Below are positions 26,373-40,240 of a DNA stretch of 64,000 nucleotides, one piece after another. Each line of letters opens with the position of its first letter. The first letter of the stretch is position 1. The stretch covers positions 258,048 to 322,047 of the forward strand of contig MU057947.1 of assembly GCA_013265495.1 (NCBI GenBank). Reading direction: 5' to 3'. The notes under the pieces are model-generated. The model did not search any database. It was not told where the DNA came from and worked only from the letters and a program-made list of their open reading frames with translations. The translations under genes and the position numbers were made by a program. The stretch is from Vicugna vicugna. Lineage: Eukaryota.

Positions 26373-27050
26373 TACATATAACACAAAATATATAAAACAG
26401 TATATATATATAAAAGACTGTATGAAATACATAAGACAAAAATGGGAAAAACAGAAAAAACTAGCTTGTTCAGAGACACAGAGTGAGATTTTAAGATACC
26501 TCGTAAAAATTACAAAGTGAAAAGTGAATAAAGAGACAGAAAATTAAAATATCAACTTAAAAGCTTGATGAACAGGATACAAAGAGAGCTTTGCCCACAA
26601 CAAATGGAGAATCCATGGGTCTTTCAAACACTTGTGGAATATTTATTTTGCCCTAGTTTTAGTGCTTAAAGAAAATTCAGTGGATTCCACAAAAGTAGAA
26701 ATCACAAGGCTGACATTCTCTGAATCCAAAACAATAAAACTAGAAGCCAGTAACCAAAGAATTGCCCCCAAAATATCACTACTCAAAAATGCGGACCAGA
26801 ACCTCTGAACAACTTGTGCATGCAAAGGAAAATAAAAATCGAAATTAAAAACACTTAATAATGAGGGCGCTTCATGTCGAGACCCGTGAGCACAGGCAAA
26901 GCAGTCCTCAGAGGAGAATGCAGAGCTTAAACAGGTTTTCAGGAAAGAAGAAAGGCTACAAGTCAACTAGCTAAGCATTCAAGACATTGGAAAAATAACT
27001 AAAAAACCTCAAGTAAATATGAGGAAATAATTATGACAAAAAACAAGAGA
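25150..27050 (+). mobile_element. Old L1 ORF1/ORF2 fragments with an embedded (TA)n(CA)n tract at about 26328-26412
   Basis: cctagaatttcatacctagc (ORF1 end), endonuclease-region motifs at 26560-27000. Confidence 0.6.
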
Positions 27051-27138
27051 CACCCATTCCTGTGCCACATACTTCCAACTAAAAATAATTAAAATTGTAA
27101 TATTCCTTAAATGCATGAAAACTTGTTAATATGGTAAG

Positions 27139-28117
27139 ACATACAGTTGGCCAACAGGCACATGAAAAGATGACCGACATTGTTAACCAGGGAAATACAA
27201 ATCAAAACCACAGTGAGATATCACTTCACACCTGTCACAAATAACAAATATTGGTGAAGATATGGAGAAAAGGGAACCCTTGTGCACGGTTTGTAAGAAT
27301 GTAAATTGATGCAGCCATTGTGCAAAATAGTTGGAAACCTCTCAAAAGACTCAAAATAGAACTACCATATGATCCAGCAATTCCACTCCTGGCTATATAT
27401 CCAAAGAAAATGAAAACACTAATTCAAAAAGATACATGCACCCCAATGTTCATGGCAGCACTATTTACAATAGCCAAGATGTGGAAGCAACCTAAATGCC
27501 TATCAACAGATGGATGAATAAAGGATATATGGTATATATTTATATGTACATGATGGAATATTACTCAGCCATGAAAAGGATGGACTTTTGCCATTTGCAA
27601 CAATGTAGATGGACTTGGAGGGTATTATGTATGGTGAAGTCAGACAGAGAAAGGCAAATAACTGTATGATATCACTTACATGTGGAATCTAAAAAACAAA
27701 CTAGTAAATATAACAGAAAAGAAACAGAATCACAGGTATCGAGAACAAACTAGTGGTTAGTAGTTGGAAAAGAGGGGCAAAATAAGGGTAGAGGATTAGG
27801 AGGTACAAACTGTTAAGTACAAAATAAATAGGCAGCAAGGATGTATTGTGCAGCACAGGGAATGCAGCCAATATTTTTGTAATAACTATACATGGAGTAT
27901 AACCTTTAAAATTGTGAATCACTACATTGTACACCCAAAACTTTTTAATATTGTAAATCAACTATACGCCAATTTTTTTTTAATTTAAAAACTTTTCAAA
28001 CCTTAGTACACAAAAAATAAAATATTTATTTTGAAATAATTGTAGATTCACATGCAGTTGTAAGAAATAAAGCAACGAGATTCCTTGTATCCTTAAAAAA
28101 AAAGAAAAGAAAGAAAG
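27139..28117 (+). mobile_element. 5'-truncated L1 (ORF2 end and 3' UTR) with a 3' transduction and TSDs
   Basis: ORF 27320..27517 [19 protein letters not shown] is the L1 ORF2 C-terminus; TSDs at 27119-27138 and 28118-28137. Confidence 0.9.
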
Positions 28118-28539
28118 AAACTTGTCAATACTGTAAGGAAATAACAGTCCAAAATACCAGTCCAAAATCTAAGGAAAGTGAGAACTCAGAAAGATAAGCC
28201 AAGCCCGGGAGGCAAAGGACCTCAGAATCGTAAAACCACAAAGCTGCATTCATGGTGTCAATTGTCAATGTACTGTGATGTGTAACTTTGGACCAGTACA
28301 TTTTAAATGTTGATAAGATGGACAGTTTTTTCTTTACAAAATTCTGAATGTCCACAAGTGACTAAAGAAATGTAGAAAACCAGAATAGACCAATACCTAC
28401 AAAAGAAATAAAAAAGTAACCAAACACATGCACCCCACATCCCACTGTCTGGGCCCAGACTCCCAGGCACAGAGATTTCCTGTGCTGTTTAAACTGCCCC
28501 GTGGACAAAGGAGATGGCTGTCCAATGTATATATTTTTA

Positions 28540-31420
28540 TTAATTCCTCTTGGTATCATGTGATCTTTTCTATATTTTTAAGTGGTAATGTAACACATTT
28601 GTTACCATTTTTTGGTGACAGAGCTAAATAATGGTACGATTTTCCTCTGTTTTATTTAGCTGTATCCCATAGATTCTGATACACTGAGTTTTCCTTAGAA
28701 CGGTTTTAGAAATTCTGCAACTTTGTTTATTCCCCCTTTGACCCAAGAGTTGTTAATAGAAGGTTTTGTTTTTCCAGGTGGAAGTAACTTTGTTTCTTAT
28801 TTTCTTAATTCCTAGTTTTATTGCATTTAGTCAGTGAGGGTAGTTTGTATTACTTACATTTTTTGGAATTTACTGAGGTTTTCTTTATGACCTAATATAT
28901 GGTCATTTTTCATGAATGTGTACTTGAAAAGAGGTACAAAATGTGAAACATATTCACAAAGTCTGCCTTATCCTCTGCATTGTTTGGCCTTCTACGTGAT
29001 GAGTGGGTGAGTGAGTCCTAGCCAGATTTTCTGTCCTCTTGTTCTGTCAGGGACCTGCCCTCCTGTACATGCCCGTCTATTTCTCTTGTTCCAGTGAACC
29101 TGTTCATTTCTTCCTTCCTCTCCTGTGGTTTCAGTCGCACGAGTTTCACTAATGAGTAACCTAATGCACAGATACTAATAATTTTTATATCTTCATCATC
29201 AAGTGTGGCCTTTAGCTTTATAAAGTATCCTTTTTTCGTCATTTAAGGTTTATGGGCCTGAATCCCACCTTGCCTTTTGTCAAGTTGCAGCACCTGCTTT
29301 GTTTCTATTGGTATTTGCATCTCTACCAGCCCTTCATTTTTATCTCTCCATTACTGTGTATTAGGCATATCTCTGGGATTCAGCTTTGAGTTGTCTTCTG
29401 CTTTGTGGGCCAATCAGACACCATTGTTTCAATGAGTGAGTTAAACCTTTCTACATTTACTGGTATGACAATATTCTATTTGGTTCTTTCACATTGTGTC
29501 GCATACTATATACACATTTTATATGTCTACATGTAGGTGTATGTATACAATGTATGTTGTAATTCACACACATGCACGCACAAGCCTTTCGCTATGGGGT
29601 CTTTTTCTCTACTGTTCTGGTATTATTTACCAGAACTGGTATTCAGAAGGCTTATATTTTTCTTCTAGTGTTTCTCTTATCACTAATATCTTTGCAGGAC
29701 AACCTGTCTCTTTCTTTAATCAGCCAATCTCAATAGAGCCGGACATAAATTAGAACAACCGAGTATCAGATTTTGCAAGAGAATTAGACTTTAAGGCATC
29801 TATTTTCAGATTTTAAAAAAGACATCTCTTTTTTTCTTTTTTTTTTACAAAGCATATTCAGTTTACAACATTGTGTCAATTTCTGGCGTACAGCATAACG
29901 TTTCAGCCATACGTATACATGCATATATTCATCTCCATGTTCTTTTTCATCATTGGTTACTGCAAGATATTGAGCACAGTTCCCTGTGCTCTGCAGAAGA
30001 GACACTGTTTAACCATTGTATAGACAGTTAGGGTCTGCAAACCGCGAGCTCGTAACTCACCCCTCCCCACGCCCTCTGGCTTTTCTTGCACAAAATGTTT
30101 CTGCTGAGAAGACTGATGCTGGTCTAATTTTCCTTCTCTTACAAATTATTTTGACAGGTTGCCTGGATCCTCAGAGAGTGTTTTCCTTATTTCTCAAAGT
30201 CCAGTACCCTTCCTAGGACACATCTGGAGCTTCTCCATTCTGGGTCAACTTGCTCACATAGGCAGTGTGCCCTTTTCGGCACGTAGATTAAAGTCTCCCT
30301 TTAACTCAGGAAACTGGGAATGGTTCAAAACATGGCCCCTGTGTAGTCCCTGCTCTGCCTCCAGCTCAGGCCTGGAGGCGGAGGGTTTCTCAGGCCAGCT
30401 CTGGGTCTCCGACGGCGCTGCAGACCTCACCCTCAGGACAGCGCTCCCCCTGTTCACTTTGGGCTTGGCCGTTGCAGTAGCCACTGGGGAGGCTCCCTGG
30501 GGCCGTCGCTCCGTGCTGCCTGAGCCTCTCTCCCCTGGACCCCGCTGTGCCTGCCCCGCTCAGCTTGGCTTCTGACTCCAGCACTCTCCCGCGGAGGGCA
30601 GCTCTTTCCCTTTGAACCTGTCCGCTGGTCACGTGCGAGTCCCAAGGACAAGGCTGTCGAAGCACCTTCGCAGCTCCAACACCCACCTGTACAACCATTC
30701 CTGCTCACACCGGCAGCTCAGTCTGAGAACATCGCTATCTGGCCTGTCGTGGCCACATTTGCATATTCAAAGTGAGATGCTTGGTTTGGGGGATATTTGT
30801 AGTTTCCAAAAATAATAGATGCAGGGCCTCAGCGCCCCACCCCCGACCCCTGCACCAGCCAACACACAACCAATCCCTCGCTGCCGTGGCTGACGGCGGC
30901 CTGGCCGCACCCGACCACATTCTGGGCTCAGCAGGAATTTCCTGGTCATCCAGTTTTTGGAGTCTGCAGTTCAGTACCCTGCACTACCCTGTTTTGTTTA
31001 TCTGGGTTGCAGAGAGCGTCTTGGGGAGATTCAAATCCACACATAACTCCAATGCCACACAGTCTAATCGATCTTTAAATGTTGATGGAATGAATTAACG
31101 ATCAAAAAAGTTTTTAATAATTCCATAATTTACTTAAGAAAATACAGAACACTTACAGATGACAGCAACCATACTGAGTCTTTCCATCCAGAACTTAGTG
31201 TGTCTTACTTGTTTAAATCTTATTTTTATCTTTCTTGGCAAAATTTTGTGGTTTTCTTCTTTTGGTTCTATATTATTCTTCTTCATATTTTTTCCTAGGT
31301 ACTTTTTATTCTAGGTGGCTTTTGTGGACAGGAACACTAATCATATTTTCCACTAATGGGCCAGCTGCTTATAGATGATATGTAAGATTACCGTTGATTT
31401 TTATGTATTTATTTAGGAAC
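28540..31420 (-). mobile_element. Old antisense L1 fragments
   Basis: T-rich antisense L1 motifs (ttctttatgacctaatatatggtcattttt; tttccatccagaac...). Confidence 0.6.
29828..30070 (-). mobile_element. Camelid-type L1 3' end
   Basis: Poly-T followed by cagtttacaacattgtgtcaatttctggcgtacagcat...gatattgagcacagttccctgtgct; homologous to 48061-48295. Confidence 0.85.
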
Positions 31421-32559
31421 AACATATTTTTATATTTTCTTGGCTAGACAAAAGGTTTTTATCACACATAGAAAGATCAAACATGTTTATCTGTTGAAAT
31501 GAAGTATCTGTGGGGACTTTAGAGAGTATGATTTTAGTGACCAATTTTCAAATCAGGAGACCTTTTTTATTTTATGGTTTATGTTCATAATCTTCAGATA
31601 AATCACAGCTGATTTAATCAGTAGAAATATGAGAGGATTTGATCCACTGGTCTGAAATATCTTTGAAAATGACATAATTCTTTGTAATAACAGGTTGTTC
31701 CTTGAGCAAGATCTTGTCAATGGCCCCTTTGGAGATGTTCGGAGAAACTGTATCTGTTTATAATCTGGTATTCGAATCTGAACAGACGTTTGCCTATTAG
31801 AAAAAGAAATTCTTTGGAAAACTCACTCTGCATAGTTTTGATTATAAAAATTCTGTGAATCAAACAATGAAAACACACTCGGACATCTGAGCAGCCACCA
31901 TCTGCTCAAACAGAAAAGTCCCAGAGAAGACGCATGTGCCTCTCTCTCAAATTCTCCCTGAGAACAGTCCTGGGAGCCCGGCTGCCGCCAGGCCTGTCAT
32001 CCAGGGAGTGCGGGAGCCCCGAGAAGGGCCCGTTCCCAGGCAGAGCTAATTCTACAGTGGAAGGAAGAAGCAAAATGAGGTGTTTCCAAGAGTAAAGAGC
32101 AAAGGACAGGAGAGGAGACGAGGCAAGACAATGATGGGTCCCAGCCCTGCACCCACAGTCAGCAGTGAGGACCAGCCTGGCAGGAACACCCCGGTCAGCA
32201 GGCCCCGCTCTGTCTCAGTGGGGACGCGCCGCAGTGTGAATTAGGTCATACAGACAACACCTCCAGCGACAGACAGTCGCCAGTAAGTCGCCTGCAGGAT
32301 CTGGCTCTCAGGGATCATCTTGCCTCCACAAGCAACGAGAAATGTCTCTGCTGGAACACGTGTGCCTCCTCTTAGGTTAAAGCCACAGTCACCTAACCCG
32401 GAACCCCAGACCCTCACTAACCCTCCTTAACCATGCGACGGGCAGTGCGTTTTCTCAGCCATACGATGAAAAGTTTGGATGAGATGAGCTTTCATGGCTC
32501 CTTTCAGCTCTGACTCCCACGATGGAAGTGCACGTGTTCCAATTCATTCACCTGAAAGT

Positions 32560-32815
32560 GACACACTTCCATGAGAGTGCCAGCAACCTCCGAGGCAGGG
32601 AGCAAACCCAGGGAAGAAGAGTGAACAGACACGGTGGCGGGGCTGCAGTTGGGCACAAGGTTTTTCTTGGGGAGATGGAAATGTTCGAAAATTAGACGGC
32701 GGTTGCCTAACTCTCCAAATGCACTAACAAATAACTGGACTGGACACTTTAATGAGTAAATTTTATAGCATGGGAAGTTCGTCTCAAGGAATCCATTTAA
32801 AAAGGAAAAAGAAAA
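32560..32815 (+). mobile_element. L1MB/L1ME-like 3' terminus
   Basis: gggcacaaggtttttcttggggagatggaaatgttc...cactttaatgagtaaattttat. Confidence 0.7.
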
Positions 32816-34136
32816 AACAGAGCAGCTGGGCCTCGTTCTACAGTGCTTACAGAAGGATAAGCAAGAAGGCGTGGGGGGTTGGGTGTGACAGCAAAGGACG
32901 CCCCTGGGGATGCTGCTGGACCTGTCCCGACCTGAGAAGTACCAGCAGGTCCCCTGAGTCGGTGATGACTCGGAATGCCTCAAACGTTTCTCTTCCTTCA
33001 GCGGCACTCTCTCCCTCTGTGTCAAGGGCTGTGCGGACACCGGCTGGTGAAATCAAAGCTGACTCCTGTCGCCGAGGCAGGTCTCTGCCCGGGCTGGCAA
33101 CCACCCAACAAACCAACCACGTGAAGAGGCAATCTCTCTCCGCTGCTTCCTTTCCACGTACCCCAGGAATACCACGCCAGGAAGGTAACACTCTGAGGGG
33201 AGGACGACGCAAGAATCAGAAGATGGCTACTCATTACTGTGTTGGCAATTATTTCAAATTTTGATTTTCATAATAACTCTTCATGGTGCTGTTGACCAGA
33301 GGGAAATTTTATTCCCAAACGTGCCCATGTCAAATTTGCCATTATCTTTCAGGAAAAAAAAAATCAAATGGAAAGGCTTTTAAAAAGAGATAAAGTTTAC
33401 TCATTGGAAATTAGAAATGAATATTTATTGTCAGATCTCTGTCTAGATTAAAACCTTTTATTTAACACCAGTTGAAAGTGTAAATTATTCACATGTTTAC
33501 ATTTCAGTGACTTCTGTTCTCTCATGATTCCGTTTTCTAGAGTGTATTAGTGGTACGATAACGAAATGCCTCATCAGCTTGGAGGATTAAGCAAACAACT
33601 AACTGCCACTTTTTCAACACTGAATAAAAAATAGAGTGGTCCCCAACAACTTGTTTTGTCAGTTTAATGCAATATCCAGCTAACTTCCCAAAACGTAGCA
33701 ATTAAAGAGAGGGCTTCCAACAGCAACGGAAGCGCCTCCCAGCCTCCCACAGACATGCAACGGGACCAGGACAGCAAAATGCTGCTCTCACACAAATCAT
33801 GGTTTCTGGCAAGATTCAGTGCTGCCAGAAGGGAGGAGAACTAGAAAAAAAGAGAGCGCGTGGTCCCCTCCACTTCTCCGGCCAGAAGGGATGAGCTCTT
33901 GCTGGGTGAACGGCATTATAGACTTGCTCCCTGCATCCTTCCCCTTAGATTATTGCTTAAGGAAATTTTATCATAATCAAAATAATCCTTCATCTGTTTA
34001 TAGTGCTTTAAGTTTACAAAATACTTGCACATACGTTATCCCACCGAAGTGATGTGCTCTTTCTGGAATATGGAAATCTTTCTATGCCTGGAGATAAAAG
34101 AACATGCATACTGAAAATCAAGAATTTTATAAAACA

Positions 34137-34223
34137 CACCACAAATTATCAGAACATTGTAAATCACCTCTACTTCAATTAAAAAAAAAATCCCATACGG
34201 AAAAGGTTAAATGAAAAAAAAAA
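34137..34223 (+). mobile_element. Very short L1 3' stub with two poly-A tracts and a TSD
   Basis: aacattgtaaatcacctctacttcaatt followed by poly-A; TSDs at 34120-34136 and 34224-34240. Confidence 0.75.
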
Positions 34224-35039
34224 AAGAAATTTATCAAACAAATCTGTTTTCCAGAACTTCCCATGAGAAGGTTTCACAGGCCCTTCAGCAGCTCCTTGCT
34301 GCCCATACCTGCAAGTGTCAACAACCTGCGGCACCTACGCCCCTCGCTGCATAAGCCTCTGCGCCCACGGAGATGACAGTGCGTTTTTTGCTGCTACGTC
34401 AAGCACAGCTGCTGGCCTCGAAGAAGTCAGGGAGAGGCTTTCTTTGGAATTAAGTCATAACACCTATCTTCAAAGTGTTTACCATCCAGTCGGGAGAACA
34501 AAACGCTCATAAAATGGAAACTAACCAAACACTAAGCAATGACCAGAGAGGCCTTCCCAAGGAGAAACCCTCAGGGCCCGGGCAGCGGAGGAGAGCTTGC
34601 TGCCTGCCTGGAGTGCTGTTCAGAGAAGGAAGGAGGGAGGCGCCCTCGCTGCGGGGCCTGGGGAGCGGCGGGGTGGGGGGCTCAGGGCGAGAAGGCCCCA
34701 GGCCTCTGCAGGTGGGCGCGCACAACCTCCTCTACGTGGACCGTACATTTTGAGCAACAGGGGTCCCCACGGATAAAGGTGCCATGCAGACGGGGCCAGA
34801 TTATGAAGAGCCATGAGTTACAGGCTGGAGTCTCTATTTGATCTTGTAATTAATCAGGAATCCAAAGCAGCAGCAGCAGCAGCAGCCTTAACCCTTTTCG
34901 GCGAGGTCTCAGCACGCCCCACCCGACAGGGCGTGAGCTGGACGGAGGAGGAGGGAGTGCAGGGGAGGAAGCCGCTGTGACAACCGTCTAATAACTTCGG
35001 CGGCAGGTGATTGAGACCTAAACACGGCTGGCAGCAGCA

Positions 35040-35420
35040 AGGGGATGGCAACGAGAGACAGGTGTGCACGTGACACGCGGAGCCACCAGCCCGGCTGACG
35101 GGTGGATCCCGACGCGGGTGACTTGAACATCACGGTGGCACGGCTGACGGCACCGGGGGCTGGCTTGTCTGGAAGGAGGTGAGGCTGGTGAGACGTGCTG
35201 CGTCTGAAGTGACAGCCTGACATCGGAGGGAACGAACAGCAGCGCAGGCGCGCCGAGCCGGCTCAGGAGGAGTCGGGACGGGCGGGGCCGTCGCTGTCCT
35301 CACCTGCACAGAAGTGACAACTGAAACCAGGGAGCAAAGGAGCACTCCCCTACGGAGGGTGCGGGCGGGGGGCCCACGCCGGGGCCCGGTTCAGGTGAGC
35401 GGCCGCAGGGACAAACCAGA
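35040..35420. other. CpG-rich, GC-rich patch (CpG-island-like)
   Basis: Visibly dense CpG with GC-box-like ggcgggg motifs; no linked exon identified. Confidence 0.4.
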
Positions 35421-37544
35421 GGCCCTACGGAGCTGGGCCCAGAGCCCCAGGACTGAGGGGCTCCCAGACGTCAGTCATTTGGAAAAACGCCCTCTCCAGC
35501 TTGCCCTCACCCCTTTATTCCATCTGGGGTGCAGACGCTGGTGTCCATTCTAACCTCCCAAACTGACCTTCTGACCCTTTGAGTTGAGTATGACACGACG
35601 TGTGGAATAAAATTTACCAGGTTAAGATGCTCCGCCGTCATCCCCCAGGTCATTAACACGCGGCTTTTCATCTAATAAGAGATGCAGGTATTCAGGGTCT
35701 CTCCTTTGACAACCACCCACCACCCCGTGAAATAAACTGAGCAAACCCGCTCTGTCCTAGAGCATCTCTTTAATACACAGCACATTCTTTCAATTTGAAA
35801 AAAAAAAAAAGTCACCCTTCTGAATAAAGCCTTCTATGAAAACTGGTGCGACAGAGGCTGGTCCAAAATGGGTACCCGGAACACCCCCACGGGCCAGTAT
35901 CGGCAGGTGTGTGTGATCGCGCGGGGCCCGCGGGGTCCCACAGGAGCCCGGCGCCCGGCCCAGTCTGGGCTCTGCTTCCTGGGCTCCCCTCAGTCCCCCT
36001 GGGTCGTTTCTCCCTTTCCTGACATGGTCCAGATCATGCTGCCCCTGGGGATCCAGGCAAGATCCTCCCCACAGCTGAGCTCAGCCTGTCCCCACAGATA
36101 GGAGCATGTCTGCCCCTGCTCAGACCCCTCTGCTCCACTCCTGGAATTCTCTCTAGCCCGGGAGGCACAGGCAGGCCCGATGACTGAGTATTTACCCTGC
36201 ACACCCCCGCTCATGTCTCCCTGCTGACGGCACGCTCCCTGCCAGCTCCCTCACCTGCAGCTTTGACTGGGAAGAATCGGCAGGCGGTGCCCACAGCCCT
36301 CCCCAGAGGCCCCAGCCACTGGGCTCCCGGAGCCACTCCCGAGTCCGCTGTCCACACACAAAGCAGGACGCTCTAGCAAATCTGCTGTTTTTGTGGTCAC
36401 TTTGCATCTTTGCCATATTTCCCCAAGTGGCCTCCAGTTTCTTTGCTTGCAAAGATGCTGTCTCATGCTTAACATTCCAGAACTCACTCATGTCAGAACT
36501 GGGACCATGCCTTTTTTTTTTTTTTTTTTTCTTTAAACACAGGACTAGTTATCAACATCGGGGTGCCTCCCTCTGCTCCGGGGCCCTGCCCCCTGCACTG
36601 TTCTCTCTCTTGCCTGGGGTGGCCAGGATGTGCTATCTGAGAATTGTTGTGAGGCAATTTGGAAATTCTTATGAGGAAGTCGAGAAGGCAGAACCTCCTG
36701 GTGGTGTGTAATTCACAGAGAAGGAAATCGTTATTTTTGGCCAAGAACATTCTCTAAAGATATAACTGGGTCCATAGGGAACGGCCTTCCATTTCCTCAC
36801 ACTGACCCCTTAAGTGCATATCGGGGGTGCCTGCAATGGGTGGCTTGGGAAAAGGAGCCTGGGTCCCTTTCCCTGGACCTCTTCCCTCTTCCCAGCGCTG
36901 TCATGACCCTGTCTTCTCCCAGGTCACCTCGTCCCTGGACAGACCCTCCCCTCGCTGTCTTCCTCTCAGAAGAAGGCACTCTTGCTTTTTACCCACTATT
37001 CCAGGATCATTACAAATAGAGCCTCTTTGCCTCTCGTGGATAACAAAATAAAAGGCTGCCATTTACAGGGCAGGCCACCGCGAGTTGAATATGTATTCAA
37101 TTTACCAACCCAGAAACTCACAGGAGATACTTTTCCTTCTTCAGATGGGCAGCCCTCCCCCGCCCCACTTCTCCCAGCAAGTCTGAGGGTCCTAGTGGGG
37201 ACCTGCACCCAGCCGCATGGGCAGTCACATGACCAGCAGGCTCTACTCATTCAAGGCAATGAACGCCCTTTTTAATGACTCTAGGTCGAGATGACTTACC
37301 AGCAAAAAGAGAATCGTCATAACAGAAAATGCCTTTGCTATCCACAGCTCTTACTCTCCACTGCATTTTGTGCTGACACAGATTCGCAATTTTATCCCAT
37401 GACTTTCGTGAGCCTACTCTTTCTACACCAGACTTGAATTTTTGTTCTTAATTTTGCAGACTGTCCATTTCAAATTGTGTCCTATACTTTCTCTGGGCTC
37501 ACTTTCAATACCAGCTGAGTCTGCTTAACAAATGGGTTTGTCCA

Positions 37545-38720
37545 TTCACTTAACGAATATGTACCATGCTCCAACGGAACTCTTTTGGTAATCTTGGCAA
37601 CACAATAATAAATGAGGTGGACAGGGTTCCTTTTCTTCTATAAAGAAAGTCTAAAAGGGGAATTTGACATAAATAAATGGTTAAATTATAAACGTGATCA
37701 GCGCTGCAAGAAAAACACAGGACGCTGTGTGATGGGGAGCTTCACCTCCTTTTTGGTGGGGAGGAGGGTCAGAAAAGACGGGGTAGAAAATAGCCTGGAA
37801 CAAAGGGTGAGTGAGCAGGGCAGGAAAGTTAAGGGGGGGCTCCCAGCACAGAGACCAGGAGATGGAACCACGCCAGGACATCAGGGGTATTTTGAGAAGG
37901 GAGGAGTGCGGCCCAGGCGGTCGTCAGGAGAGCGCACGTGGGCAGAGACAGTCACCAGGCTCTGGGGGAGGCCTGGGCAGGCGGTGCTGGTGGCCGGGCG
38001 AGAGCGACAGCAGAGGGGCCGGCAAAATACAGACAACTGGAAACACGCTGGGGGTGGAAGTTTCAACCTGCTGGCGGGGCAGCAGGAGGGGGCAAGTGTG
38101 ATTCCTGGGAGGAGGGGGAAACTGAGTTGGCTGGGGAAGGTCATGAGTCCTGACATCTTCAGCTTGAGATCCCTGAGGCGTCGCCAGGCAAGGCGGGAGG
38201 GATGCTGACCGTGAGTCTGCTTCACGGACAGAATGCGAACTGGGGGCCAATGGCTTGTAGACAATGGAAGCCCCAGGCTCTGGATGAGGTCCCTTGGGAG
38301 CATTTGTAGAGCGAAGAGAAGAAACGAGCCTGAGCACCTTCAATGATCTAGTAAGGAAAGATCCCGGGACGAGGCGTTGGGGTCCACCGTCCGTCCAAGG
38401 GAGGCAGCAAAAGAGACCGCGAGCTCCCCGCAAGGGACAGCTGTGAAGGGGCGCAGGGGCAAATCAGGCTGTGACAGACCCCACAACTGGCAGCAGACGG
38501 GGCAAGAAGACAGCACTGCTGGGCGAGGACGCAGGGTTCAGGGAGGGTGAGTCTGTTCTGTTTTAACCCATGGATGTGTGCACAGGAGAGGGAGGCTTTT
38601 AAATGGGAGGAAATAGAGTCGTGATGAGAAGGACCTAGCAGAGAGGAGAGAGCTGAAGAAACAGGAAAGACAGGCTAATGATGTGCTTTCACTGAGGAAA
38701 CAGAAAAGATTCAACCCAGA
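37545..38720 (-). mobile_element. L2 LINE fragment
   Basis: Starts cattcacttaacgaatatgta... followed by the purine-rich antisense L2 body. Confidence 0.6.
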
Positions 38721-39888
38721 GTCTTGGGTGGGAGGGACGCTAATCTACGCCCTCCTTGCGGGGTCAAGAATACGTCATGGCCACAGAGAAGGTCTTTACA
38801 GAGTCACTGTCACTTGTTCTCAACTCTTTGGCTACTCTAAAAATTCAGAGTAATTTCACCACCTACCGAGGCTGTTCTAGTGGCTACATTGTTATCTGCA
38901 TCACACTCTGTAAGGAGCTTTTAAATACAGGATCCCATTTGATACAGTAACTCAAGGAAAACACGCTATACTTCCGGCACCAGCACCGGCCCCGGCTCTG
39001 GTCCTGCTCCGATCCCAGCCCACTGGCTCGTCCCCACCCGCCACGGGGCAAAGGTCAAGTCAGAGAGAGAAAGCAAGCAGCCCTGGGCTTCTGCACACTC
39101 TGAAAACTGATGTTTCTCCCACCCACTTCCTCCCGCGGTGACACATCTTCATAAGCACATGTGAATGAATAAACAAAGCGCAGTGATTAGGACAGCGGTG
39201 GTACCAGTTAAACACCAGGGAAGTTCTGTTACCAAAGGGACCATCAGTCAGGGCGGCTGGGCCATCAGCTCAGGGCTCTGGGAGGGCACGAGGGACTGCA
39301 GCTTTGCTGGAAGCGTCTGCGGATGCAAACCAGTCCAAGGATCTGTCACTGGCATCACAGTGAAACTAAACAAAAGTTATTATTTTTTTTCGTTTGGTCT
39401 ACACTTTAGAAAACTATTTATACAACATTTTTCTAGCTCCAAATGCAGTCTGCGTATTTAATGTTAATCTGTATCACAGTATAAATAGTATTTCAGTCAG
39501 TAAACAATGCATAAAGATGTATATATTGTGTTCTATGTCTGCATACATTTTATTTTAATGAACATGTTTCTTCCAAAAAAAAAAAAAACACACAGCACTT
39601 GTGGTGGTTAGTGTGTTTTTAAGTATTTCTGAGCAAATATTTACTCTTTTGATTCTGACTGTTCAGCTGAGCTGTAAACTCTCTGGAACTTCTTTAAAAA
39701 GACATTTGGGTTTGGGTTTTTTTTTGTTGGGTTTTTTTGTTTGTTTGGTTTTTGTCATTTCAGATGTTTCCTTTGTAGGTTTGTAGGTGAGGCAGGTGGT
39801 TTGGACTATTTTTAATCAACTGCTAGGACTCAGGGTAAAAATCCATTAGAGGCAGTACCCAAACTGATAGATGGTTATGTTCCTGTGG

Positions 39889-40240
39889 TTTTTCGTTAAA
39901 TAGAGACAGCAACTTTGTAAGGAATAAAATGAACTCCTCCACTGTGCAAGGCAGCTCTCCCCTTGTCACACCAGCCCTCCTCTCCTCCTCCTGGAAATAA
40001 ACCCGTTTACTTTGCACAACAACTAAACCAGTGCTCTGCCCTCCCTCGTGTACTCACTTTTTAATTTAGAAGACTCTTGAAAAACACGAAGCAGAAGAAT
40101 TTTGGCATGCTCTTCAGAACACACACAAATAAATCTTTTTCAGCAAATCTCCAAGGGTCTCAAGCAAAACTTTGCGAATGCCAGAGCAGAAAGCTAAAAA
40201 CAATTTCGGGTTTGTTTGTCGAGCCAAAAAAGTGGACATC
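39889..40240 (+). pseudogene. End of one RGS domain and N-terminal half of the next
   Basis: FSLNRDSNFVRN (compare IFSLMERDSYPRFLRS); FRRLL / LEKHEAEEFWHALQ...EQKAK / TISGLFVEP, joined by removing one A from the A-run at about 40196-40200. Confidence 0.65.

Larger units (their letters stand above)
31590..34490 (+). pseudogene. RGS-domain remnants (2-3 domains)
   Basis: 31726-31776 PLEMFGETVSVYNLVFE; 33576-33656 SLED*ANN*LPLFQH*IKNRVVPNNLF; 34255-34490 QPAAPTPL...LEEVRERLSLELSHNTY. Confidence 0.5.

Noticed and set aside
37612..38208. 198-aa + strand ORF
   Set aside because: It lies within an antisense L2 fragment and appears to be a chance open frame.
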